Source: Girardia tigrina
Taxonomy: Eukaryota
Direction: 5' to 3'
Assembly (NCBI GenBank): GCA_001938485.1
Contig: MQRK01250859.1
Coordinates: 5,978-68,297, forward strand
Length of the DNA stretch: 62,320 nt
The notes beneath the pieces were generated by a model. It saw nothing but the letters and a program-made list of their open reading frames with translations, had not been told where the DNA came from and made no database searches. This document shows positions 50,551 through 62,320 of this stretch, piece by piece (within the stretch, counting starts at the first letter, position 1; the number at the start of each line of letters is the position of its first letter). Made by a program: the position numbers and the translations under genes.

Positions 50551-52320
50551 CAGGACGGATAATCCCATTTTTACCTTCCCTTTGTTTGAGCACGTTGCTC
50601 AGGGACGCGAGGCTGTTAATTGGGATAATAATAATAAAGAAATATATTGGTATATAAATCTTAGTAAATAATTATTATTTATTATTATTAATTTAATATT
50701 TATTTATATTATTAATTTTATCTTTATTTATTTTTTAGTATATTATTATTATTATTACTATTATTATATTTAATATTCATTCATAATATTATTAATTTTA
50801 TCTTTATTTATTTTATTATTATTATTATTACTGTTATAATTAGAATTAAAATTATTATATTCCTTTTCGGCGAGTTTTTCCTTTCTCCGCAATTTTCCTG
50901 CAGTTGGCGGATAATTGGGCAAATTCCAAATGAAGAATCCGCAGTTAGCGGATAATTGGGAAAATAATTAATAATGTAAAACAAATAATAAAAATACCAG
51001 CAGTCAAAAAATATTCTGAAAAACCAGTGCCACATGTTGGCCTAAATTTTTGAAATTAATGTAAAACAAATAATAAAAAAATAATTTAAATCTTAATATA
51101 TTTTATATAAATGAATGTATATATTATATATAAATAAAAATCGGGTATAAATACCCTCAAAAAAATTTAGAAAACTCGCGAAATAAAAGCAAAAACAATA
51201 TTCAAAAATCAAATATAAAAATATAAAACTTATAAGAAGAGTAAAGCAAATTATTATTCAACCTCAGTTTATAGTAAATATAAATTTTTGTAATATTTGT
51301 TATTTGATCTCAATTGCAAATAAAATTTACAGTATCAAATATTAAGCTGGGTTCGAGCTACGAACAAGCAACGCAGCCTTCGATTAAAGTGGATTAAATA
51401 CATAATTATATATTTTCTTTGAACAGACATATTCAAAACTATAATTCAATTCCCAGCAATAAATTTATAAACCACCAATAGTAGTATCAAAGTGGATTCA
51501 ATGATATACTAAGTTTATAGCTTCCTCTCAAAAAATGTAAAACGATTTGTGGATTGCAAGCTAATCTGGCTTATAAATTTGATTGTCACGGTGTAAAAGG
51601 TATTTTATGTATTTTCATATCTTCGGTGTATATCGCGCACCAACATTAATCAAAAGTTTAGATTATTCAATTTCGGTAATAATTTTCGAGAAGTTATTAT
51701 TTTTTGAAATTTTTTTAACGGGCGGCTTTGAACTTAACGACTAAGCAATAAACTGATAATACATTTATTCTTACTGAAATAAAATTTAATTAGAGTCTTC
51801 ATATATGAGCATGGTGAAAGAAACTTAGTACTGCTTTGAAGTTCATGTAAAATGTGTTGCATTACCCTTATAGAAGCATGCATCTGTTATTTTTTACCTC
51901 TCAAACATCACTGTGTCTAACTCACAAAAAATCAACATATATTTTAATCTTAGTAAAACTTATCATTACTTTTAGATAAAAAAATCTTCGTCTATTTGTG
52001 GGGTTAAATTTTGTCTCGTGATTGTTGGAAGTGTGACATTTACCCTACGTTTTCCTCGCGCTCACCCAAAGTTATTAGGAAGTTTCAAATTTATATTATC
52101 CCGTCAATTTAGAGTTAAAATTGAATGATCGTCAGTCTAATGCTTCAAATAATTGTGCTCTTTACTTCAATTAAATGTAGAATTTATGTATCTATGTTCA
52201 GCAATAAGAAAACTTTTTTTTCAATATGATATACCTTTCTGAATTCCCGAACAGAGATTATATATGAAGTAAAGCCTTCAAAATTCATTAACATAAATAT
52301 TTGTTTGATTTTTGAATTAA

Positions 52321-52360
52321 CCCTTTCAAGGCCTGGTGGGGAATATGTGCCCAATACCTT
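52321..52360 (+). mobile_element. Possible piggyBac-type terminus
   Basis: TTAA|CCCTTTCAAGGCC; partner end not found. Confidence 0.4.
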
Positions 52361-52889
52361 TTTCTAAAGAACAATATTACCGATTTGATAAATGAACATG
52401 TATTTTAAAAGTCTCCATGAGATCTATAAAATGGCGTCAAAAAATTTTTGAGAAATTATTTCGAGAAATTATCCTTATTTACCATTCTTGTTCTAAACAC
52501 AAAATGTTGCGTTGAAATCATACGTTTTTTCTTAATTGGTCTCACGACTTATTGGAGCACCACGTAAAACTTTTGTATTTTCTTGAAATTAGAATTCCTA
52601 GTATTTGATTTAATCTATAATGTATTACTTTGTTCATTGTAAAATACTTTTCACTTATTCATAACTTTATTTTTGCAAAAGTAATATTCATTTATTCCCA
52701 ATATATTTTGCATTTTATTTTGAATTAATTGAAATTCATGCAAACATCTTTATGTAATTTTAGTAAAATTTATAATATCTTTTAAAAGGTTCTGGATGTT
52801 TAAATTTTGTTTTCGAATTTATAATCCTATTTATTATTATTTATTAAAATAAGCTTATCCCAAAACGATTAATTCACTATTAAAATATA

Positions 52890-54173
52890 TTAGGTTGGTC
52901 GAAAAATAATGTCGGTTTGGGACACAAACTTCAAAGACGTGCAAATTCACAGAAACAAAAGTTCATCAATCAAAGTATGAACCGTTGGCATCAATACATT
53001 TTTGCCAACGAAAAACAAGTTGTTTTATTCCATCAGCATAAAATGCATCGGTTCTCGAAGTGACGAATTCTTGGAAGGCATTTTGAGCATCATTTTGGTT
53101 TTTGAAAATTTTTTCATCTAGGAAGTTGTACAAATACCTGAAAAAGTAGAAGTCCATTGGCGAGAGGTCTGGTGAATATGGTGGATGAAGCAGGAATTCA
53201 TAGCCCAACTCATTAAGCTTTTGGCGAGTCACTTTTGAAATATGAGGTCTAGCATTATCATGAAGAAGGATGAGACTTTTTCTATTGACCAATCCCGGAC
53301 AAAGGGTTTTCAATTTTTTATGCATTTCATCAATTTCATGACAGTACCTCTCTGCTGTAATTGTTTCACCTGGAATCAAGAAACTATAGTGGATGATTCC
53401 AGCATCACACCACCAAACTGTCACCATAACCTTACGGGGGGTTAGTTTCGGTTTTGGAAAGTGTTTCGGTACTTCATCTTTGTCCAACCACTGTGCAGAT
53501 CGACGTCGGTTATCATACAGGATCCATTTCTCATCACAGGTAACAATACGATCAAGAAATGGATCGTTTTATTGCGAAGATGATTAGCAGAACAAATTTC
53601 ATAGCGTCGGTTCTTTTGATTTTCATTCAAATCATGTGGAACCCATTTATCAAGTTTCTTGATTTTTCCAATTTATTTTAAATGATCCAGGACTGTTGAA
53701 TGACTAATGCCCAACCCATCTGCAAGTTCTCTGATTTTTGTACGGGGATCTGTCTCCATCATTGTCCTCAAATTGTCGTTGTTCACAGTAACTGGACGAC
53801 CACGACCTTCTTCGTCTTCAAGGTTTTTATCTCCATCAGAAAATTTTCGGAACCATCGTTGCACTGTGCGCTCAGAAACTGTTCCCTTGCCAAACGCTTT
53901 ATTGATATTGCGAGCCGTTTCTGCTGCTTTACGACCCAATTTAAATTCGTACAAGAAAATTGCTCGAATTTTAATTTTTTCCATTATTAATTTAGCACCG
54001 TAAATATTCTAAAAAAATAAAAGCAATATGTTAATAATGACTGTAGGAATATACAGCTAGGCATAAGATGTCAAATAATATCTAACACTAATGCATTTAA
54101 ACTTATATACATATCAAAGTAGATAAACAAAGTATAAAGCTCAAAAACCACCATTATTTTTCGACCAACCTAA
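52890..54173 (-). mobile_element. Full-length mariner (cecropia/Hsmar1-like, DD34D), frameshifted
   Basis: TIRs TTAGGTTGGTCGAAAAATAATG with TA TSD. MEKIKIRAIFLYEFKLG, WVPHDL, TCDEKW, HDNARPH and YSPDLSPMD; ORF spans 53984-52966. Confidence 0.96.
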
Positions 54174-54939
54174 TATTATATATTTTATATTAATCGATAT
54201 ATTTATTATCTGGATGTAAAATATATCTTATCGTATTATATACTTCTAAATGACGTATTCAATGTTTTTAATTTATATAAATAATAATTGAAGCAAAAAA
54301 TCAGTTAAATATCGAATTACTTAAAATAAAAAATAATTATTTTAATGACACAAAATTGGACTTCTCTTATCCTTATTCGTACCAAGATTCATAAAAGCTT
54401 TTAATAAATATCATATTTTATTTTCACTGAAATAGTATTTTTTATTTCCTAAAGTTTTATTTTTTCATTTTCATTACATAAATATATATATATATATATA
54501 TNNNNNNNNNNNNNNNNNNNNNNNNNNNNNNNNNNNNNNNNNNNNNNNNNNATATATATATATATATATATATAAAGTTTAAAAGCTTTTTGATAAAATC
54601 CCTGCAGATCTTAATCTTACTCTGATACCGAGTAACTCAGAAAATATGGCAAAGGTCTTTTATGGTTTTCTTAAATATTAAAATTTTTTATAATTGAAAT
54701 TAATATTTATTTTTTTCTTTTTTATATATTTGCTGATTTACAGATTAATTTTTCTGTAGTTCTTTCCTTTTAGTCTAAATAATATCAAAATTGAAAACAA
54801 AATCAAATTAAGATTTCTTTTCAAATTATATTATCTAAATTTATATTTTTAAAAAATTATTTTTTCAAAAACTTTTTCGAATATATATTATAATATTTAA
54901 TGCAACATTGTGAGGCATTATGTTATTTAAATCTATTTA

Positions 54940-55350
54940 TTTGACTGTTTCAAACTTTGACTTCCATATCAATCTTCTTTTCTTAATATATTTAGCTGCT
55001 TTTTATTCTCACACAAACAATCGGATAGAAAGCTTGTACATTGCCCTCCTAGGAATAATAAAATATGGTGCCATTATTTTTAGGTATTTAATATGGGGTT
55101 TTAACTTGAAGAATCTCTGCAGCAAGTTATTGTCATTCAATTTTACAAAACAGAGATTTACTTCAGAAAAAGGAAAAATATGCAGCCATAATTGTAAGGA
55201 ATATTTTGAATGTTTTGTGTTTGAATGTGTATGTTGATTTTGAATTGTGTCTCTTCCCACATGGCTGATTAATATTTTAATTATAATTATCTGAAAATAT
55301 GTGATGTTTAAATGTATTTCTAATTTAAAATAATTGTAAATTTTAAATAA
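54940..55350 (-). mobile_element. Penelope-like 5' fragment (leader plus ORF N-terminus)
   Basis: CA-rich leader then ATGGCTGC. Broken frames give FLSDCLCEN..KYIKKR, similar to FLASCVAEN..FIFKRK in the 48354-49079 ORF. Confidence 0.55.
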
Positions 55351-56304
55351 GTTTATTAATTTTCTTTATAATTTTTAAATAAATAAATTGAATTAATATT
55401 TTTTAAATAATTAATAATCATTTTAATTTTTAACCAATAAAATTTGGAGTAAATATTTTAATAATTTATATAAATCTCTATTCAGTCAGATAATAAGATT
55501 AAAGATATTAATTAATTAGACGGATGCAATCGTACGAATGTTTTGACAAAGATTGTCCAGAGGATAATTCAAATTGTTGGGTAAATAAAAATATGAAAAT
55601 TCATATTGGTGTTCTTAATAATAATGTCGCTTGCACTGTTTAAAAGCTTTGCCTGTGTGTTTTATGGTAGAATAACATTATTTACAATTTTTCCATTATG
55701 ACTTTTGTTGAAAGAGTTTTGAATCCAATCTTTTTTCAATTGTGATATTTTATAAATTAATTAATTTTCATTTTATTAAGTAAAAAGTTACGACTTTCTA
55801 TTTTTTTCTAAAGGATTTGGTTTCTCTTGATGTTTGTGGTTGAGAATCGGGATTTTAGATTCCCCGGTTGTTTCCATTTTAAGAAATCAGATTCAAGTAA
55901 AATTTCTTTATCATTTAGGTTCTTTCGGTTTACCAAAATTTATCGTAATGTTTTAATTCATTCTCCAAATTTTTAATTGTTTTTATACACTCGAGATTAG
56001 GATTATCTTTCAACGGTTAATTGATTCTTTCGTCCTTTATCATTTTACATTTATCAGTTATTTCAACAATTGGTTTTACAGATGAATATAGATCATAGTA
56101 TTTACATTTAGAATCAAGTCTTTTTTGAAATTCTTTTATTCTTTGCAGCAAACAAAAAAATGTTGGAATGATGGACGCAATACGTTGACATGATGGATGC
56201 ATGACGATAGTAATTTATATATGGTCACGTTTTGAATGGCTGATACAATAATGGTTGATAGCATAGTATAATATAATAATATAATATGTATATCTATAAT
56301 ATAA

Positions 56305-58067
56305 TATTTGCACACATATATTCGAAAAAAGCACTAGGTATCGATTTTTTCAAAAATGTTGCTATTGAATCTGACTATTCATATATGAGTTACTATCCAT
56401 GTGTTCAAACAGATTTTTCATATTTTGCTTGCTTCGCCTTCTGCCTGGTTATAAATTAATAATTCTTTATTATTAATTAATTCTTTATTATTAATTCTTA
56501 ATTAATAATTCTTTAATTATTTATTCTTTATATTATTAATTCTTTAATAACCTTATGAGAGTTCTCCACCACTTTGCATTGTAAAACACAACATTCCACT
56601 AATCGATTAATGTACGTTTCTTCAAAAATCTAAGATCATATTCCGACTATTAATCTATGGGTTTCTATACATGTGTCCAGACAGATTTTCGATATCTTAA
56701 TACCTTTGACCTCTGCCTAGCTCTATTATATAAAAAACATAAATATAGTACACTTTGCACAATTGTAAACTTATTGATTTTGAACACTTGTACATGTGCA
56801 GTATTGATTAGCACAGTGCAGCCTAGGCAGCACATGTGCATACGAGTGCAGTATTGATTTTTGTTCTTTTTTCTGTAATTTTGGTGGTTTTTACATGTTT
56901 TCGATGATTTTAAAGGTGTTTTTCATGGTTTTAAAGATAACGGTGATGGTTTCTAGAGTGTTATAAATTGTTTTTATATATAATATTAAAAGGTTATGTA
57001 TCATGGTTACGATAACCTAGGTACTTTTGAAGATTGATGCCTAGGCTCAGGATCTTAGCTGATTATTTAGATTTTATGTATTATGTCGATGCATGTTTTA
57101 AGTGCTATAGGAGTTTTATACATATAGTTTTTTACATATAATATAAAAGGTTATGTATCTTGGTTACGTTAACCAAGGTACTTGTGATTGTTTATGAGGT
57201 ACATTAGGCGATTCATGAGGTATTGATTGATAGTAAATAAAATACATATATCACATAGGTTTCATATATATATACGAAAAGATTGATTTTTGAGCACTTT
57301 TTTAAGAATTTCAGAAATGTTCGTAAAAATTGATTTATCAGCACTTTTTCGAAAATGTTGATATGTAATCTGAATGTATGTATATGGGGTACTATTCAAA
57401 TGCACCAGCACTTTTTTGGTATTCTGCTTCATTGCACTTCTAAAATCGATGTGCATTTTGTGTAAATTTGCACATTATGTTAATTATAGAAAAAGTAATT
57501 AATATATGAAATTTCTAATTACACATTCAGATAGAGAATCAAAATTTGCATTAAACACATGATATCGACTTTTGGTACTAGCACTTTTAAAAAATTATAT
57601 GTATTGATTTTTGCACTTTTGCACATGTGCAACTTGAAAAGTACTGTGTTAGCACATTAATAATGTTCGGCACAATGTGCAATATCGATTTACACTTTAA
57701 AAGTATCGATTAGCACATCTTGGCACTTTGTAGCGATCGATTATTACTTTTTTCTATGGTTGCTAGGGAAGAGTTCCCGGTTGCTATGGATACGGTAACC
57801 GTTGCCATGATTAAAACCGCCTTGACTCACTGTATCCGTTGCTATTGAAAAACGTCACTTGGTTACCCTTGCTATGGTAACTAAGACGTTAGTTACCGTT
57901 GCTAGGGACCTGGGAACCAATCAGAAGCGTTACCAAGTGAACCGGAACCGTTGCTGTCTAGGTTAAGGTAACCGGAACCGTTGCTATGGTAACCGCGACC
58001 GTTGTCGTGGTAACGGGTAAACCCACCCCCGGGGGAGGTGAGGGAGAAGCCCCATTTTCCCTCTACT
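56305..58067. mobile_element. Putative Maverick/Polinton TIR, copy 2, with X-box array at 57759-58014
   Basis: Homologous to 5515-6914, same orientation, ends CTCTACT. Internal degenerate duplications; left boundary is approximate. Confidence 0.6.
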
Positions 58068-58174
58068 ATCACGTGATCTCAATATGAAATCAATCCATCG
58101 ACTCGAACATGCAACAAAGAAATCACGGGCCTTACAAGGTCTTCGGCAATTTTAAAACATCGAATTTGAAATCA

Positions 58175-58529
58175 TTTAATTATTTATAATTATCATTTTT
58201 AATTATGTCTGCTACAGGTACCATGTAAACCTGTAATACCTGTCCCATGGTCGAATAGTTGGCGACTAAACCGGCTCCACCACCCAGAGCAAGCTGCGTG
58301 AAGAGGGTGTGGACACCTAGCAGGATGAAAAACCAAACCTAGCAAAGGGTGAATGAGCTCCTTGGAGCCAACGACCATATATACCTGGAGAGGAGATGGG
58401 CGCCACCATGTTCCTTGCTTACTGAGACACTCAAAAAATATGCAAACCCAAGCCATAATGCTTGGTATTACAGGTTTACATGGTACCTGTAGCAGACATA
58501 ATTAAAAATGATAATTATAAATAATTAAA
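58175..58529. repeat. Perfect 66-bp inverted repeat (58175-58240 / 58464-58529)
   Basis: Checked base by base; 223-bp spacer. Confidence 0.95.
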
Positions 58530-58600
58530 AATTAAAATTAAATAATTAATTGAGTGCGCCCACGGCACAATGGCTATGGTACCAAAGAAAATCATTTTTT
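58205..58600 (+). mobile_element. RTE-like LINE 5' leader fragment
   Basis: GC-rich segment homologous to 60497-60590 (+) and 28270-28410 (-). Family is inferred. Confidence 0.55.
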
Positions 58601-59479
58601 GAAAGTTATTAATTTATTTAATTACTATAATTATTTAAGATGCCTGTGAAGGTAAAACATGTTGTCAAAAATAAATCTTAAATTGATAAATGGTGTTTTT
58701 GTTATTTAATTAAAAATAGTTTACTTTTCATTCAATTCTGGTATTTCATATCTTGAATCCTCCGAAAGATTGCATGAGTAAAATGGGGATTCTTTGACTT
58801 TTTATTTTAAATGGGTTTTAACCAGGGAAGAATCTGTGTATAAGATGTGTATGTATATTTGTGATACGTTGTTTTTATGAGTTGTATGTATTTTTATTTC
58901 TGTATACGTACGCACATGCATTAAACTTATAATAAGATATTTTAAACATTGAAATAAGGTTTTTAACTGTGAAAAATAGCTGCATAAAGGTACTTTTGAT
59001 TGGACAATGCATAAATATTTCTATGTTTAGGTACAATGAAACGTAGGGGGTTTTAAAGATTGAAAAATTAGATTGTACAGTAAAGTCAAAATCAATAAAA
59101 TTTACGAGGGTTTTTATTAACCACTGTCGATAACTTTGTGTGATGATCCTGCAATAACGAAAACAAATCTCTAAAACCCAATTGTGATTGATGTGGAAAT
59201 GAAAAATAATGATGTTAAAAATGTTTTTGTTTTAACGTATGGTAGGTAATGCAATTTTTTATATAAAAAAATTTGTAACAGCACGCTCTACTTTTTTAAC
59301 TGTTTTTCATTCCCGATGCACGTTTGTTGAAACAATGATTATTATGATTCGAGCTGGTAAAATCGCTAAATAATCATATGAAGATCCCCATGGTTTCCCC
59401 ACAATCGTTCTTCTAAAGGGGTGCATACGAAAGTCTGGATTGATCATAGCCGGTCAAATTTGCTTATCAGATTCCAGCG

Positions 59480-59700
59480 GTCCTCAATGAACTTGGACTT
59501 CCAATTGTCATCAACCTGATCATCTCCTTGAATGGGGACTTCAACATCCGACACGATTGGACAAACTGTACGACTACATGGATATGACGGGGCTTTACCC
59601 AATTAAGTGGTTAGGCAGGCGGCTAATGGAAGAAATGGGTCAGATTACATTGGTACCAGAAGTTGGATCGACGGATCTAATGACGGTAATTCAACATTTT
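59480..59700 (+). mobile_element. Possible LINE APE-endonuclease relic
   Basis: GDFNI motif followed by ..MDMTGFTQL-like sequence; otherwise degraded. Confidence 0.35.
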
Positions 59701-60496
59701 TCGAAATGCAGTTATTTAGTCTCAACAATATATGTTAAATGTTATAGATGTCCTGCAAAATATATTCTTATCACAACGATCGGAGGTATCCCTACGCAAT
59801 ATTTCATGATAATTTAGGTGCACCTGATATATTCTGCACGCGAAGGGCACTAAGTCAACTTCTCAACACCATCACTATATCCATCAGGGGGGACAATGCG
59901 ACAAAGATCCGGATCTCATCCGACGACCTCACAGACGACAATAAATGGCTTGTGGAACATTTTTGTAGTGTAAATCATTGATCGTGCAGGTAATATAGAA
60001 TGACTGGCTTTGTAATATTTTAGATAACCAATGTTATTTAACTGGTTATGATACATTTTATATAGATAGTTCTCAAGGTTTTAATCTCTACTTTTTCCTT
60101 AATTTGGAAACGCTTCATTATATCCTTCAATTCAGTTTCATTCTTCATTGAAATGGTTTTCCGTTTTCTTAAAGGCTGACTTGTTTAGTTGATTGAATTT
60201 CTAGTGTTTGTTCACTATTTTTTCTTCACTAGATTAGTATACCAGTTTATATTTCTCAAATGCAATGACTGTTACATTTGAGCGACACGCCGTCATCTTC
60301 GATAGATGAAAGCAATCAATCAGGTAGAAACAGTTTCATTATCAACTATTTATAGTACTGCAAAGATCGAATAAAATAAAATCATCATCTAGAATAGGCC
60401 TATGATTAATTTTTCAATATAAGCTCTTTTACTCAATTCAGATTAATAATCCATCATTTACATTTATAAAATGTCCTGTAATTGAAAAGCAAATTG

Positions 60497-60590
60497 GGTG
60501 AAGAGGGTGTGTGGACACCTATCAGGATGAAAAACAAAACCTAGCAAGGGGTGGATGAACTCCTATAGGCCAATGACCATCCCTATCTGG
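60497..60590 (+). repeat. Second copy of the 58297-58390 leader segment
   Basis: GTGAAGAGGGTGT..GGACACCTA.CAGGATGAAAAAC.AAACCTAGCAA is shared. Confidence 0.85.
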
Positions 60591-61278
60591 TCATCGAATA
60601 AGGTAAATTATAAAAAAGTATTAAATATTTGTGTCAAAATACATTTATAATTAGGATAATTACTGGAGCATTGTTAATTTAGCGCTTTAAACCATGCTGA
60701 AATATTCAAGGTGAATCTTCCAATTATACAATCATATTTTCAAATATTTATATAATTATTTAATTATTAATTATTATTTAATTTTTATTTAAAATCTTCA
60801 AAATAATTTTAGTTTGTTTTTCGGTAATTTCTTAATGTTAAAATTTTTTTCTATAAAAAATACAAAAACAATCAACTTTGATATAATCTCTGGGTAATTA
60901 TAATCCATTAACTTATTATATTATTATTGCCTATTAATGAAAGCGTTTTGATTATCGCTTACATATTTTAGAGGAAATTGGTAAGAAGTTAATTTCCTTT
61001 TAATGTGGAGTTGAAGAAGTTTGAATGTTAAAGGACCCATCAACAAACTATTTTTATTTAATTTATATTCACTTAAAATGAATAAAACAATGTATCTTGT
61101 CTATCTTCGAAAATAATAGTAAACATATTAGTAACAAAAGTAACCTTTAAAAATTCCAAAAAATTTTTTCTGCATTTTTAAATTAATTTTTCAAAAATTA
61201 ATTATCAAAATTTTATTAAAAGACAATGTTAATTTTACGTATTACACGTGCAGACAGTAATGTCTCATATATTTACCA

Positions 61279-61328
<50 letters not shown>

Positions 61329-62320
61329 ATTTATTTATTATTTATAATTTATTATTTCAGGTATTTTCCATAAATATTGTCTATCATTATGTTAAATACA
61401 ATATCAGAATTAGAACTAATGAATTATTTATTTTTTAGTCATAAAAATTATTAAATCGTTCATCTCTTGATGAAAAAAAGAATAAATTTGTTCCAATTTT
61501 CGTAATTTTTATGTTATATTAGTCACTTTTTGCTAATAAAATTCGAATATAGTTTATTGTTTCTTTCAGTAAAGAAATAAAAAATATTTCGAATGTGTTT
61601 GGTTTGAGGTTTTCACTCAAGATCGTATTTAAATTTGAATTCAAAAAAATATATTACAAAATCTATTTTTTTCGAAATAAATTATTGAGTAACATTTTTT
61701 ATCTACACAAACCCTTATTAATAATTTTTTTAAAATTCGTAATTTAAATTTACATTCTAAATTTCTAAAGATACATAACAATTTACATTTTATATTAGAA
61801 ATTTCAATTACCTTTAAAAATTTACGGTTTTATATATTTACAATTCAGACTTATAATCTTACGATATTAAAAATTACATTTTCAAATTAACCTTTAATAT
61901 TTAAATTATCCAAAATAACATTTTAAGAATTCCACTTGTAAAAATTATTTTCTAAATTTCAGAAAATTCTAATTTGATGTTTTTAAGTTTAAAAAATTTA
62001 CATTCAAAGTTTTCTAAAATTTCATTTAGTAATTTATATTTTATATTTTAAAGATTCGATTTTGTGTCTTTACATTGTAAAATTTACATTTAAAATTTAT
62101 CCAAAAATAAAATTTTCGTTTTCTTGTTAGAAGTTTTAATTATAAAATTCAAAACTGTATATTATCATCTTGGAAAAAAATAAAAATTAAATTAATTAAA
62201 AATCTAAATAACGGATAACATGAAATAGTAGGACACCTACTATTTTAATAGTAGGTGGAAAAAAAATTGAAAAGGCGCCCAATATTGGTTTACACCTACT
62301 ATTTGGTGCTTTTGTTTTGA

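Noticed and set aside
5515-58067. One giant element bounded by the two homologous ends
   Set aside because: The copies are in direct rather than inverted orientation, are visibly diverged, lack TG..CA LTR ends, and enclose unrelated TEs.
58175-58529. MITE with 66-bp TIRs
   Set aside because: The right arm interrupts a sequence that is continuous in the homologous copy near 28.3 kb, and no TSD is evident.
60270-60310. Possible hammerhead relic (GAAGATGACGG on the minus strand)
   Set aside because: CUGA and GAAA cores are absent.

Overview
AT-rich eukaryotic scaffold with five N-gaps. The repeat repertoire is compatible with a planarian or similar invertebrate, but that is inference only. I found no intact host gene; the window is a dense field of degraded transposons. 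DNA transposons: three mariner (DD34D-type) copies, a DD41D rosa element, a gapped Tc1/mariner, a DD37E-like relic, a MULE, a FLYWCH-bearing mini-MULE, a Merlin and a hAT. Retroelements: two Gypsy relics (one keeps a recognisable -1 frameshift signal), an RTE-like LINE ending in three C2H2 fingers, and about ten Penelope-like (PLE) pieces including one near-full-length copy. Several PLE 3' ends carry minimal hammerhead ribozymes; the one at 10241-10282 is intact. Most notable: (i) two diverged copies of a 1.4-1.8 kb element end that terminates in CTACT (5'-AGTAG, Maverick/Polinton-like) and carries a 21/30-bp-phased array of RFX X-box palindromes plus CCAAT boxes; (ii) a LINE bracketed by inverted PLE 3' ends; (iii) a perfect 66-bp inverted duplication inside an RTE-like 5' leader; (iv) an M1 aminopeptidase pseudogene fragment. 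All calls are by eye; no searches or folding programs were run.
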